Assembly (NCBI GenBank): GCA_016699935.1
Contig: CP064992.1
Coordinates: 930,001-962,000 of the forward strand
Source: Candidatus Saccharimonadota bacterium
GTDB taxonomy: Bacteria; Patescibacteriota; Saccharimonadia; Saccharimonadales; UBA4665
Direction of reading: 5' to 3'
Length of the DNA stretch: 32,000 bases
A model generated the notes under the pieces. That model was not told where the DNA came from, searched no databases, and was given only the letters and a program-made list of their open reading frames with translations. Of the stretch, positions 1 through 9,285 are shown one piece after another. The number at the start of each line of letters is the position of its first letter. The stretch's first letter is position 1. Both the position numbers and the translations under genes were made by a program.

Positions 1-481
1 GGCTGGTGTGGTCGGTCGTGACCGGTATAACGCTAGTGGGGCAAATTACCAAAGGCGCTGGTGTAGGTGCCTTGCCGACGGCTGTGGCCGAATGTTTTAC
101 GGTGGCAGTTTTTATTTTTCGCTGCGCCACGGCTTTGCCAATATTGTTCGTAGCGACAACTACTATCTTGCGGCAGCCCTGCTCGGCCTCATACCGTGGG
201 CTATCACCCATGACCCGACATTTTCGGTAATTATCGCCGTTGCTATCGACCTGACGGCCTCGACCATGACCATCCGCAAAACCTGGCGCAAACCGGCTTC
301 GGAAACACCGGTGCTGTACGGCGCTAATGTGCTTCGCCACATTTTGACGCTGTTTTCGCTGCAATCTTACAATATCGCCACTACCCTGCACTCTATCGCC
401 ATGCTAGCCACAAACACCACCATGACCAGCATAATTGTCCTAAAGAAACCCCGCACCATAGCTGGGAAAAACAAGCCATGA
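1..481 (+). CDS. integral membrane protein, C-terminal part (5' end outside window; frame switch near T-runs at ~103-118)
   Basis: ORFs 6..230 and 8..481 both translate to hydrophobic TM-like segments (VVTGITLVGQI, LAAALLGLIPWAI, MLATNTTMTSIIVL) and can be joined by a 1-nt shift. Stop TGA at 479-481. Confidence 0.4.
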   Translation, partial: AGVVGRDRYNASGANYQRRWCRCLADGCGRMFYGGSFYFSLRHGFANIVRSDNYYLAAALLGLIPWAITHDPTFSVIIAVAIDLTASTMTIRKTWRKPASETPVLYGANVLRHILTLFSLQSYNIATTLHSIAMLATNTTMTSIIVLKKPRTIAGKNKP

Positions 482-496
482 AGGAGCTATGATTTT

Positions 497-560
497 GTGT
501 GGGATGGGGTGAAAAACAGGGGTGGGTTTAACCGCATTTGGTAAAAAGCTGCTGCTGGGG
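497..560 (+). repeat. G-run intergenic repeat, copy C1 (core + right arm, no left arm)
   Basis: Sequence GGGATGGGGTGAAAAACAGGGGTGGGTTTAACCGCATTTGG...GCTGCTGGGG. The same core occurs at 11551, 16012, 19499 and 21869, always in the same orientation. Confidence 0.85.
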
Positions 561-582
561 AGCGGGAAATGTGCCGATGTGT

Positions 583-965
583 CTACGCTTTATCTAAATA
601 ACCGCGATAACGTCTCGGGTCTTCGCGGTTTTTGTCGTTTTTGGCATAGAGCTCAACAAACAGTATTTCATTCTCGGTCTTGACTGCTATGAATATGATG
701 CGGACTTTATCACTACGACCGAGGGCGGCGACATCGAGGCGCATTTTGATAACCTCTACACGTACATCTGTATGTATGATTGCTGCTGTCTTTCGGGCGA
801 AAACTCACGGCGATACTCGGCAAGATCGACGTCATCCGACAGCTGTGCATAGAGCGGCAAAATGTACTGCTTTGCAGCTTGCACATCGCTAGGTATCGAT
901 CGCCATTTCTTGGCAAGTCGTTTTACATCTTTTGCAAACTCTGGCGATTCCTCAAAGTTCATCAC
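583..965 (-). pseudogene. RelE/ParE-superfamily-like toxin, split by one frameshift near 755
   Basis: N-terminal part is ORF 756..965 (MMNFEESPEFAKDVKRLAKKWRS...). The C-terminal part reads in another frame as DVRVEVIKMRLDVAALGRSDKVRIIFIAVKTENEILFVELYAKNDKNREDP...DKA, stop at 583-585. The start overlaps the stop of the upstream antitoxin-like gene. Confidence 0.5.
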
Positions 966-1731
966 TCGGTTCCGTCACGGCTGTTTTGCTCGTCCGATAG
1001 AATACTCCACGGTATGCGATAGGCTTACCATCTTTTGCTGCGAGCCACGGTGTATCAAAATGTGAAAGTTCCGATAGCTCACTAGCAGTTTTGTCGCTCA
1101 ATCTAGCTAACGTTTCGTCGATGTGTAGTAATTCGTTTGCACTTAGTTTACGTAGGTCGACACTTTTATGTGGCAAATACTTTTTTGGGTATTCTTGAAG
1201 TATTTTGTCTCGACTACTTCTAACTCGTCCTTTTGTTTCATAGCTTCGACAACGCTCACAAAATCGCGAGTTGGCGTTGGGCCGAAGTGGTTGCGGACAT
1301 AGGTAAGGCCGGTAATGGATTGGCCAGTTTTTCGTAATAATCGAAGTCGATGAAGTACAACAGTTTGTAGAGCACCGTCTCGCCGACATTTGGTTTGGCG
1401 CCGACTTTTCCTAGTACATACAGCAAAACCTCACGTAGCTTTTCGGGATTTGTCTGTGGGTCGATATCACGCGGAATGATTTCTTCAGTCGTTTCAGCGA
1501 AACTATACGGAGCTGCCGGTTCATTTGCCACACTAGCAGTGCCGTCTATAAGCTCGCTCGGCGCAATCTGATAGTACTCGGCTAGCGCCTGCATCTCATC
1601 GAGGTTAGGCGGTCGCCTGTCTGCCTCAAACTCGCGTAGGTGGCACGAGCAATGCCGATAGCATCGGCTATCGTCTGCTGGCTCGCTCCAGCATTCACTC
1701 GCAATCGCTTGATTGTAGTAGTAAAGCTCAT
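952..1731 (-). pseudogene. XRE-HTH + DUF4065 (Panacea/SocA-like) antitoxin, at least 3 frameshifts
   Basis: ATG at 1731 gives MSFTTTIKRLRVNAGASQQTIADAIGIARATYA (HTH). Remaining pieces lie in three frames: EFEADRRPPNLDEMQALAEYY; LLYVLGKVGAKPNVGETVLYKLLYFIDFDYYEKL; GQSITGLTYVRNHFGPTPTRDF; LSANELLHIDETLARLSDKTASELSELSHFDTPW. Same architecture as the intact gene 5671..6396. Confidence 0.6.
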
Positions 1732-2049
1732 AATCTTTCCCCGCCCGATCATGGTTTATATTACCATAATGTTACCACGTGCTACAAAACTAGTCAATAC
1801 TATTGCTACAGTTCTAGTCAGTCCTATAGAACACGGCTAAGAAGTCGTGACTGTACAAGGCGCTAAACTAACAGTTTCCATCATGGACGGCAAAGTCTAC
1901 CTGACCGACGCCAAGGGCGGCAAAGTTATGGTAGAAGCAGCCGATGTCAAAGCAGACAACGCACCCTCTAGGTTGAATAGCTTCGGCTCCTATGCTTCGG
2001 GACTCGCTTGTATGCTTGTTTAATATTGCATAAACACTTTTTCCCGATA

Positions 2050-2133
2050 TCATTTTTGCAGATATCGCATGTCCTCACTGACTTGTTTTTTGTTAGCATT
2101 TTTCTTTTTCACATATAGTTTTGATAGTTTCAT
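2050..2133 (-). CDS. possible 27-aa lysine-rich small ORF (MKLSKLYVKKKNANKKQVSEDMRYLQK)
   Basis: AGGAGG lies 5 nt upstream of ATG 2133. The ORF is divergent from the wHTH gene. There is no other support. Confidence 0.2.
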   Translation of the reverse strand: MKLSKLYVKKKNANKKQVSEDMRYLQK

Positions 2134-2218
2134 CGATACCTCCTTTGATTAGTATTTTCAAAACGAAACTTATTTGATATACTAGTAAATGTAGTTAACT
2201 AGTAAATAAAGTATACCA

Positions 2219-2524
2219 ATGCGTACAATATACAGTCAAGAACAAATTGTTAGAACCAAAAACATTGCCAAGATCATTGGAGACTCTAGCAATGTGCTCA
2301 TTCTCTACGAGCTAATAAACTTTGGCGAAAAATCGTTCAATGAGCTAAAACGGATGACAGACATAAATGCCGTAACCCTATCCAAGAAACTAACACTTCT
2401 TAAAATGGAGGGTTTAGTTGACTATCGCGAGTGTGGTATCGAAAATCGTTATTTTGTTACTAAAAAGTCAGAGGATTTTAGGCCACTCATTCGGGACATA
2501 GAGCGTTTAATAATTAATAAGTAA
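2219..2524 (+). CDS. winged-helix transcriptional regulator (HxlR/ArsR-like)
   Basis: 101-aa intact ORF. The segment FNELKRMTDINAVTLSKKLTLLKMEGLVDY is a typical wHTH recognition helix plus wing. It lies in an AT-rich segment. Confidence 0.6.
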   Translation: MRTIYSQEQIVRTKNIAKIIGDSSNVLILYELINFGEKSFNELKRMTDINAVTLSKKLTLLKMEGLVDYRECGIENRYFVTKKSEDFRPLIRDIERLIINK

Positions 2525-2533
2525 GGAGGACAT

Positions 2534-2742
2534 ATGGGATTACTCGATATAATAAAAATCTATTTGGCGGAGCTTCTGATTTAGCACAGGGGCCTATCCA
2601 GGACGCAATTGGTGGTTTAGGCGAAATTCCTGGAGTGCAAGAAATTCAAGATGCCGTAGGTGGTGCAACTGAAGCGGCAACTTCTGCAACCGAGAAGGGG
2701 CAGTCAGCAGTTGAGAATATCACCAACAAACTAGGTTTGTAA
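2534..2742 (+). CDS. small Gly/Ala-rich protein (~69 aa) interrupted at A5 run 2554-2558
   Basis: GGAGG RBS 2526-2530, ATG 2534. With one extra A it reads MGLLDIIKNLFGGASDLAQGPIQDAIGGLGEIPGVQEIQDAVGGATEAATSATEKGQSAVENITNKLGL, stop at 2740-2742. Confidence 0.4.
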
Positions 2743-2890
2743 GCCTAGGACAAATCAAGGGTAAAATATAGGTTTGGGTTTTAATCGGGGTATGTATACG
2801 ATGATAATTTCTTGCTCACGGAGATAGAGAACGATATACATATAGCCAAAACCGGATCATGCAGCTATATAAATTATAGAAAAGCTAAAA

Positions 2891-5271
2891 TCAAGCACCA
2901 ATTGCCATGTACAGCTCACGCTGCAGTTCCAGATAGTCGCTTACTATTTCGTCAGCCGAGCCAAGGACTGAGGTAGCGTCACGCATAGTTTTGTATCGTA
3001 AACTCACGAGACTCGTGAGGTTCTGCATACTTAGCTCATTTTCGCCCTGTTTTTCATAAGTATCGAGGACAAACTTCACAAACTCACGCTCATTGTTGTC
3101 GAGTTGCTCCAGGTAATATTCGCGCACAATTCCGGCACGCTCGACGCGTGTCATTGTATCTTTGGCATAGGCAATGTAGCGTAGTACATCGTATACATCA
3201 CTTTCTTCTGCATCACAAAGCTGCTTAAGTGCTTGCAGTTTCTCCTCTTCAAAACCGCGCTCCGCCAAACCTTGCAGCAAAATTTCACGCGTGCGTGGAT
3301 CACACCACTGTTTACGCAAATCATCTTCGTCCTTAAAGAGCTCTGGTATTTGCCCAAACAATTTCTCCAAGAATTCATGTGGGCTCACGGCTCTCCCGTC
3401 CATATAGAATTTTGTATCGACTGAATATTTAATCTCGCGCTCCTTGCCGTCTCCTAGTCGAACAACCGTTTTTTGCTTCGGCTCTATAGGCACGTCAACA
3501 GCAACATCGCTACCGTCATATGCTGGCTCAGGCTCATCGGTCTCTATTTCGTCATCTTCCGGGTTACCTTGTACGACATCATCAACCACAATAGTCGCTG
3601 GCTCAGGCTCGACCACATCAGTGGTCTCAACTTCTTGCGGCTCGCCATCCCATTCGGGGTCCTCAAATTTAGTGTCGTTGCCATAAAAGTCTACAATCGT
3701 GAAATAATCTTTATCATCATATATGCGAGTACCACGCCCGACGATCTGCTTGAACTCTACCATACTACCAACGCCACGCATCAACACCACAAAACGGACA
3801 TTGCGGGCGTCTACGCCAGTACTGAGTTTACGACTTGTCGTGACTATGGTTGGCACTTGCTTTTCGTTATCACGAAATTCTTCAAGGTAGCTATCGCCAA
3901 GGGCACCTTCTGTAGAAGTTATACGAACACAATAATTACGACCGTCGCCCAGCGTTCCGGCTGGTTTATGTTTATTGATCGCATCCCGCATCATCGCAGC
4001 GTGCTTTTCATCATTACAAAACACGATTGTTTTTGATTTGGATTGATTTGTTCCAGCAGTATCTCCGCCATGCGCTCTTCGCGCTCCGGCAGATAAATCG
4101 CCTTGTTAAAATCACTCAGCGTATATTCGCGCGCCTCGTCCACTTCGCCACTTTCCACAAAATCTTGCGGGTTAAACACGTAGCGGTCCATAGTGGTAGT
4201 GATGCGCTTGACCTTAAAAGGTGTCAAAAATCCGTCTTCAATGCCTTGTCTGAGTGAGTAGGTGTAAACAGGATTACCAAAGTATTTGTAGGTGTCGATG
4301 TTGTCATCACGTTTCGGAGTAGCGGTCAGCCCTAGGTGGGTTGCGCCGTTAAAATGGTCGAGCACTGCCCGCCAGTTTCCTTCATTGCTTGCGCCGCCAC
4401 GGTGACACTCGTCTATGATGATAAGGTCAAAGTAGTCACTTGGGTAATCTCTAAAATACGGATTATCGACGGACCCCCCAGTCATCGCCTGGTAGATACT
4501 AAAGAACATACTACCATTTGTCGGAATCTTGCCCTTCTTTCGCACAGCTTCACCATTTATCCGTACCGCCATGTCGCCAAATGGCTCAAAGTCGCCCATA
4601 GCTTGCTCGACGAGTATATTACGATCAGCCAAGAACAATATGCGTGGCCGGCGTTCATCACCGCGCTTATTCCAACGCGCCTGGTATAGTTTCCATGCTA
4701 TTTGAAATGCTATGGTCGTTTTGCCCGTACCAGTTGCCAGCGTCAAAAGTACTCTGTTTTCATTACCAGAAATCGCCTTTACGGCTGCGTTTATGGCGTT
4801 TTCTTGGTAGTAGCGTGGTCGGTGTTTGATGATCTCGTACGGCTCAGTCAACGCGCGGTACTGCGCGTCATTAACATCGCTATACGTCATTACAAATAGG
4901 TCATCTGGGCTATTATAGCCGCTCACTTCTTCGCCACGGCCAGTCTTCATATCAAAGCAATAGATTCCGTGACCATTCGTACTATACACATAGCGTATCC
5001 CAAGGGTCGCCGCGTAGTCTTTCACTTGTTCTAGCCCGTCAGTAATTTCTTTGTCTTCGGCCTTCGCTTCGACTATGGCAAGTTTCTGATTTTTATAAAC
5101 AAGTACATAGTCGGCTTTTTTAGTTTTTCCGCGTTGCCCACTGCCTATCAGCCGGCCATCGGTAAATACATACTCCGACAATACAAGAGAGCCAGTAGTG
5201 ACATTTTGCCCCCAACCGCACTGGGTCAATTTTGGGTCGATCAGCTCCCGCCGGGTAGTCGCTTCGTTCAT
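2891..5271 (-). CDS. hsdR: type I restriction enzyme R subunit (HsdR), split by 1-nt indel at T5 run 4030-4034
   Basis: ORFs 3991..5271 and 2891..4024. N-terminal nuclease region (LAIVEAKAEDK), helicase motif I (TLATGTGKT), motif II (IIDECHR), then TIVFCNDEKHA and TSRKLSTGVDARNV. Restoring A6 gives NPNQK-TIVFC in one frame. Confidence 0.9.
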
Positions 5272-5287
5272 TACTACTTATTTTACA
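5199..5287. repeat. 89-bp direct repeat, copy A (functional hsdR start + upstream 16 nt)
   Basis: Aligns base for base with 6961-7049. There are 5 mismatches in the first 25 nt and the last 64 nt are identical. Confidence 0.9.
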
Positions 5288-5290
5288 GCA

Positions 5291-5695
5291 TTACAGAGAA
5301 AAGATGACACCGAGATCAACGAACTGATCTTTGATAACTTTCTTCCACTTTGCAGTTATATTTGGCCTGTCTATGTGTTCGCCTTCGGTAAACACGAATA
5401 GAACTCTCACAAGGTGTAGGTTTTCGTTTATATGCAAGATACACCTATTGCCAGACTTAGACGGACCGACTTTTGTACCTTCCACCGCGAAATCCAATTT
5501 TACCAACTTGTGTTCACCTACGCTGTTGATTAAATCGGCCTTCTTGATCCGTAGTAGCGCGTCAATACGCTTGCACATATCGTCGATGTCATCGCGAGTT
5601 TTGTCCCAATTGGATTTGTGTTTCTTTGCGAACGCCTTGATATAGTAACGCTCTGAAAAAGAATCGAATTCTACAGCGTAGTTCGAGGCTTCCAT
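5291..5695 (-). CDS. putative toxin partner of the Panacea-type antitoxin (RelE/ParE-like fold suspected)
   Basis: Intact 134-aa ORF that overlaps the upstream antitoxin by 25 nt. The motif KVGPSKSGNRCILHINENLHLVRVLFVF resembles the beta-core of RelE/ParE-type toxins. Confidence 0.55.
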   Translation of the reverse strand: MEASNYAVEFDSFSERYYIKAFAKKHKSNWDKTRDDIDDMCKRIDALLRIKKADLINSVGEHKLVKLDFAVEGTKVGPSKSGNRCILHINENLHLVRVLFVFTEGEHIDRPNITAKWKKVIKDQFVDLGVIFSL

Positions 5696-6396
5696 ATATG
5701 GTCCGGTTCTTCCTGGGTAATAAGTCCGTAAGGGATTGCCTCACCATCCCTACAGATCTGCCACGGCAATTGGTTATGAGTAAAGTCTACGATTGCCTCT
5801 GTATTGTAGCCTTTCCATACTTTACCAATCTTATCGATCATCCGCTTTTCATCTTTAGTAAGCTCACTGGCAGGTACTTCGCCATTTTCTGCTAAAGAGA
5901 GAAGCATAGCCTTGCCTTTATACTCTGGTGGGTTGATTATACCTTCTTCTTCTAGCTCATCAAGTGCGCGAAAATACACGTCCGCCACGGGCCCACGCGG
6001 TAACTTACGATAGGTCATACCGGACATCGGTGCTAGGTGATCGTAGTACCAGGTAAAATCAGCTAGGTAGACGAGCTTTGCAAGTTTCGTCTTTGTTATC
6101 TTCCCATCAGCATCCGCGCCGGCTTTAAGAGCGTTGAGAATAATTTGCTTATATTTTTTGACTGCTTCAAGCGTATTTGACAAAGTCGAAATCCCATCCG
6201 GTGCCCCAATCAAATCGCCCAATTCAACGCGCAACATAGCTGCCATTTTTTCTGCTTGCGATACAGTGATTTCTTTTTTGCCAGCCTCAATAAGGGCATA
6301 AGTCTGACGACTCATACCTAGTACCTCGGCTACTTGCTCCATCGTTAGCCCACGCGCTAGACGAGCACTTTCGAGATTCTTACCCACATTACTCAT
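5671..6396 (-). CDS. XRE-HTH + DUF4065 (Panacea domain) antitoxin
   Basis: Intact 241-aa ORF. N-terminal HTH (LTMEQVAEVLGMSRQTYALIEAGKKEITVSQAEKMAAML). DUF4065-like core (TKLAKLVYLADFTWYYDHLAPMSGMTYRKLPRGPV ... FTHNQLPW). Confidence 0.8.
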   Translation of the reverse strand: MSNVGKNLESARLARGLTMEQVAEVLGMSRQTYALIEAGKKEITVSQAEKMAAMLRVELGDLIGAPDGISTLSNTLEAVKKYKQIILNALKAGADADGKITKTKLAKLVYLADFTWYYDHLAPMSGMTYRKLPRGPVADVYFRALDELEEEGIINPPEYKGKAMLLSLAENGEVPASELTKDEKRMIDKIGKVWKGYNTEAIVDFTHNQLPWQICRDGEAIPYGLITQEEPDHIWKPRTTL

Positions 6397-6426
6397 AGTG
6401 TTGTCCTTCGTTTGTTATTTGTTTTT

Positions 6427-6455
6427 AGTTTAGCGTACTTAACAGTATATGTCAA
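6427..6455 (-). promoter_or_regulatory. sigma70-like promoter for the TA operon
   Basis: On the minus strand: TTGACA (6455-6450), 17-nt spacer, TAAACT (6432-6427), about 30 nt upstream of ATG 6396. Confidence 0.45.
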
Positions 6456-6458
6456 GAA

Positions 6459-6480
6459 ATACAACATAGTCAACTTGTAT
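6459..6480. promoter_or_regulatory. inverted repeat ATACAA-N10-TTGTAT, candidate operator for the HTH antitoxin
   Basis: Perfect 6-bp arms immediately upstream of the -35 element. Confidence 0.3.
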
Positions 6481-6669
6481 TTTTAACATCCGTCTGTTAG
6501 GATAGAGGTAATTCGGAGAGGAATCCGGAGGGTAAAAATAGGAAAAGCGCCTATCCAGCGCTTCCTTATACAAGAATGTTCCTCAACAAATTGTATAGCT
6601 CCTATCTTACCACATATAGAATTAAGTGGTAATTCCGCCGCAAACCGAAAGAAAGGAGCTACAACAACT

Positions 6670-6900
6670 ATGGCAGGCAAACAAGTCCACACTACCTACA
6701 GCAAGCAAGCTGGCAACTGGCGCAATGTTTCCGCTGGCTCAAGCCGACCGGCAAAGGTGTACGACACCAAGGTGCAGGCACAAACCGCTGGCCGCCAACA
6801 GGCGATCAACAACAAAACCGAGCATGTCGTTCACAATCAGAACGGCCAGATTGCTTCACGCAACAGCTACGGTGGCGATCCGCACCCACCAAAGGGCTAG
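6670..6900 (+). CDS. DUF2188 domain protein
   Basis: Intact 76-aa ORF with AGGAG upstream. The C-terminus NGQIASRNSYGGDPHPPKG matches the family hallmark ...SYGnDPfPPKG. Confidence 0.7.
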   Translation: MAGKQVHTTYSKQAGNWRNVSAGSSRPAKVYDTKVQAQTAGRQQAINNKTEHVVHNQNGQIASRNSYGGDPHPPKG

Positions 6901-8212
6901 GTCACATCACCGCCAAAAGAGGCACTCTCTATGAGGCCTCTTTGGTTTGCTAACTCATCGTGACATTCTAGCCCCAACCGCATTCGGTCAATTTTGGGTC
7001 GATCAGCTCCCGCCGGGTAGTCGCTTCGTTCATTACTACTTATTTTACACTCACTTTGAGAAAACGCTTGCGTCAGCAAGGATTGCTTTAGTGTGCGAAG
7101 CATACTAACTTTTGACTGATATTTTGCAATCAACGAAGATAACTTCGCAGAAATATCATCAAGTTTCTTTATGATCTCATCTTGATCTGATATCGATGGT
7201 AGCGTAAATGCATACGCAAACAAGTGAGGCCTATTCACTTTCGGCATACCGGCTCTATCTGAACCAGAAATGGCATATTGAGTAAAGTCATTTGATAATA
7301 GTAGATAATATAAGTAGTCTCGCCTTACCTCATTGGTGGGAAGAAGCGGGTAAATATCCGCGCTACACAAACCAGAAAAATCTGGTCGGACAACCTTTTT
7401 GAGGTATGGACGTATTTTGCTATACAAGACCATTGTTCCATCAAAAGGAAACTTACTAGAAATTAGCTTCTCTTCTTTCGCCATTTTTAAGTTGATTAGC
7501 TGCCCTGTTTCAGGCTCAATGTTCGCACCACCAACATGCAGGCACTCGTTATATGGCTCATATCGAGGATCAATTAATTTTGAGTCTATGGTGCAAACAT
7601 CTCCTAGACATTGTTCTTCACCTATTACATTTCTGAGAATCTCAGTGTATAACCGATAGTACAGAGTCCGAGTATATTGAATATTCTTCTCCGTCAACTC
7701 AATAGCCCGATCAATCTTCTCAAAAGCTGCGTCCAGCCGCTCTACCACCCGCCGTTGCTCTTCGAGCGATGGGAGATATATATCAAGTGATTGTAGTTTT
7801 GTTATTGTTAATGTGTCTACGGTCGTTCCGTTACTCAAGCTGCTCGAAAAATGCTGCTGATTTAAACCATTGGTTTACGTAGCCACTCGGTCAACATCAC
7901 TAGTTTTTTTCAGCCAAAGGACACTCGCGTCTTTAAAATAAAACTTCTCATTTGCCTGTACGATATAGTATTACCTATTGTCCCTATAGCGGTGATCATG
8001 ATGTCGCCTTCTGTTGGGACCCCGTTCTTATGCGAAAGATCATTGTATAAATCTTCAGAAATGTATAGTTCATTGTTTGCATTACCCGTTTTTGATAGCC
8101 TCGTAATTTCACGCCCACGATAAAACGGTATGCCCGAGCTTTTCCACTGTGATTTCAACACTCTTCTGCTAGAGCTAATGGTAAATGTGTCGCCAAGCTT
8201 CACAGTTTTCAT
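6897..8212 (-). CDS. hsdS: type I R-M specificity subunit (HsdS), two TRDs, at least 2 frameshifts; the last ~50 codons read through the hsdR remnant and are probably not native
   Basis: ORFs 7910..8212 and 6897..7838. Conserved spacer helices LPSLEEQRRVVERLDAAFEKIDRAIEL and LPSISDQDEIIKKLDDISAKLSSLIAKYQSKVSMLRTLKQSLLTQAF. Stops in the other two frames cluster at 7040-7055, just before the hsdR-remnant ATG. Confidence 0.85.
6913..6945 (+). terminator. weak hairpin downstream of the DUF2188 gene
   Basis: CCAAAAGAGGC-12 nt-GCCTCTTTGG (one bulged A) followed by TTTGC. Confidence 0.3.
6961..7049. repeat. 89-bp direct repeat, copy B (hsdR 5' remnant next to hsdS)
   Basis: See copy A. The repeat period is 1762 bp. 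Confidence 0.9.
6968..7033 (-). pseudogene. 21-codon remnant of the hsdR 5' end
   Basis: ATG 7033 reads MNEATTRRELIDPKLTECGWG then TAG. The true HsdR N-terminus is MNEATTRRELIDPKLTQCGWGQ. Confidence 0.85.
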
Positions 8213-9271
8213 TCGGAGTAAACTCCCTTTAATATTTCAAGCCTCGCTAATAGCCCGTCATACGTCATAATAATGTTTTTTCATCGCCTTACGAAAAAAC
8301 GAGAATGAGCGTCTTTTTGTCTTCATCCATTGATGAAGTATTGCGATCGCCAATCAACAAGATGCCCATGGGATCAAGACGATTTAGGTCAGAAAAGTCC
8401 GCCCGAGCATTGTCTGAAAGTCGTTAACGGCAACACGTATTTGATTCTCCATCTGGACAAGACTTCCGGTTAGCTGAGCAGACATGGAATAGCAGATATT
8501 CTCTCTTCCTTCATCGTCTCCTCTATATTGTCCGCCAACAAGCGGTGTTGTAGGAGGCTTTATTTCAACAACAGCAAAACTACCATTCGCACCATTTAAG
8601 AACAGCTGGTCTGTCGCTACGCCACCTTGGCCGTTTCTCCCACGCGTGTTCTTGCCGCCTACATATGTCTCGCCTTGCATATAGTAGAGCGGGAAATGAA
8701 AGATCTGTTGGATAATCCAGGAATTATTATCAAAATAATCCTGCCAAAAGGATTCAACCCTGTTTCCGAGGTTTTCCCGTATGAAATCTATTGCTGTCTG
8801 AAGCTTTGCAGTTGCAACAGCATTTTCTATGGAACGAAAATTATTAGCCTCAAGCTCTCTTAGTTTTCCGATGATCAGATCACGATTTGCACCATCGCTA
8901 ATTTGCAGAAGTATTCCTTCAGCATTGTTATCTGCGAGAGAAAAAGTTGTATCACCATATCGGTGTCCCCACTGCTCTAGCAAGGCCTTGATTCTTTCGA
9001 GGTTAGAGAATAATGTCGCCATGTCTTCACCACTGAGATTCAGTTCGTATGCCTCATCTCGATGGAGGGTTGTAATTGACCTGCCCTCGAATTCTTCCCA
9101 TGTCTCATTTCTACCCTTTTTTTCAAAGCGAAAGCCCCCGCGTAAGTGATTATCGGACGCATCAACCCATATTGGATAAAAAAATAATCTGGTTGAGCCG
9201 GTTTCATGTAGGGGTATCGGGCTAACATCCATAGTCCCTGCTGAAGTCGAATGAGTATTTATCTCAGGCAT
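8209..9271 (-). CDS. DUF4263 / Shedu (SduA)-like PD-(D/E)xK nuclease with unassigned N-terminal domain; C-terminal 60 codons reached through three homopolymer frameshifts, two traced to T6 8276-8281 and A6 8294-8299
   Basis: ORF 8384..9271. Motifs SFWQDYFDNNSWIIQQIF ... GGVATDQLFLNGANGSFAVVEIKPP ... SAQLTGSLVQMENQ. The continuation reads DPMGILLIGDRNT...IIIMTYDGLLARLE. Stop TGA overlaps the hsdS ATG (ATGA at 8209-8212). Confidence 0.55.
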
Positions 9272-9285
9272 ACTGAACCTTTAGC

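Noticed and set aside
1847-2023. 58-codon plus-strand ORF resembling the C-terminal end of a fasciclin (FAS1) domain.
   Set aside because: It is too short. The hallmark NGvIHvID motif is degenerate (ADNAPSRLNS), and there is no start context. At most it is a gene relic, so I did not list it as a feature.
3473-4036. Long plus-strand ORFs antisense to hsdR (3473..4036, 3444..3686, 4336..4689 and others). Similar antisense ORFs lie inside the surface-protein gene (25970..26593, 26445..26849, 25716..26006).
   Set aside because: They lie entirely inside strongly supported minus-strand genes. Their composition is low-complexity or Ser/Thr/Arg-rich, and they have no RBS. They are shadow ORFs.
6626-6934. 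102-aa ORF overlapping the DUF2188 gene in another frame.
   Set aside because: It is Arg/Thr/Ala-rich with no motif. The overlapping frame 6670..6900 carries the DUF2188 hallmark and an RBS.
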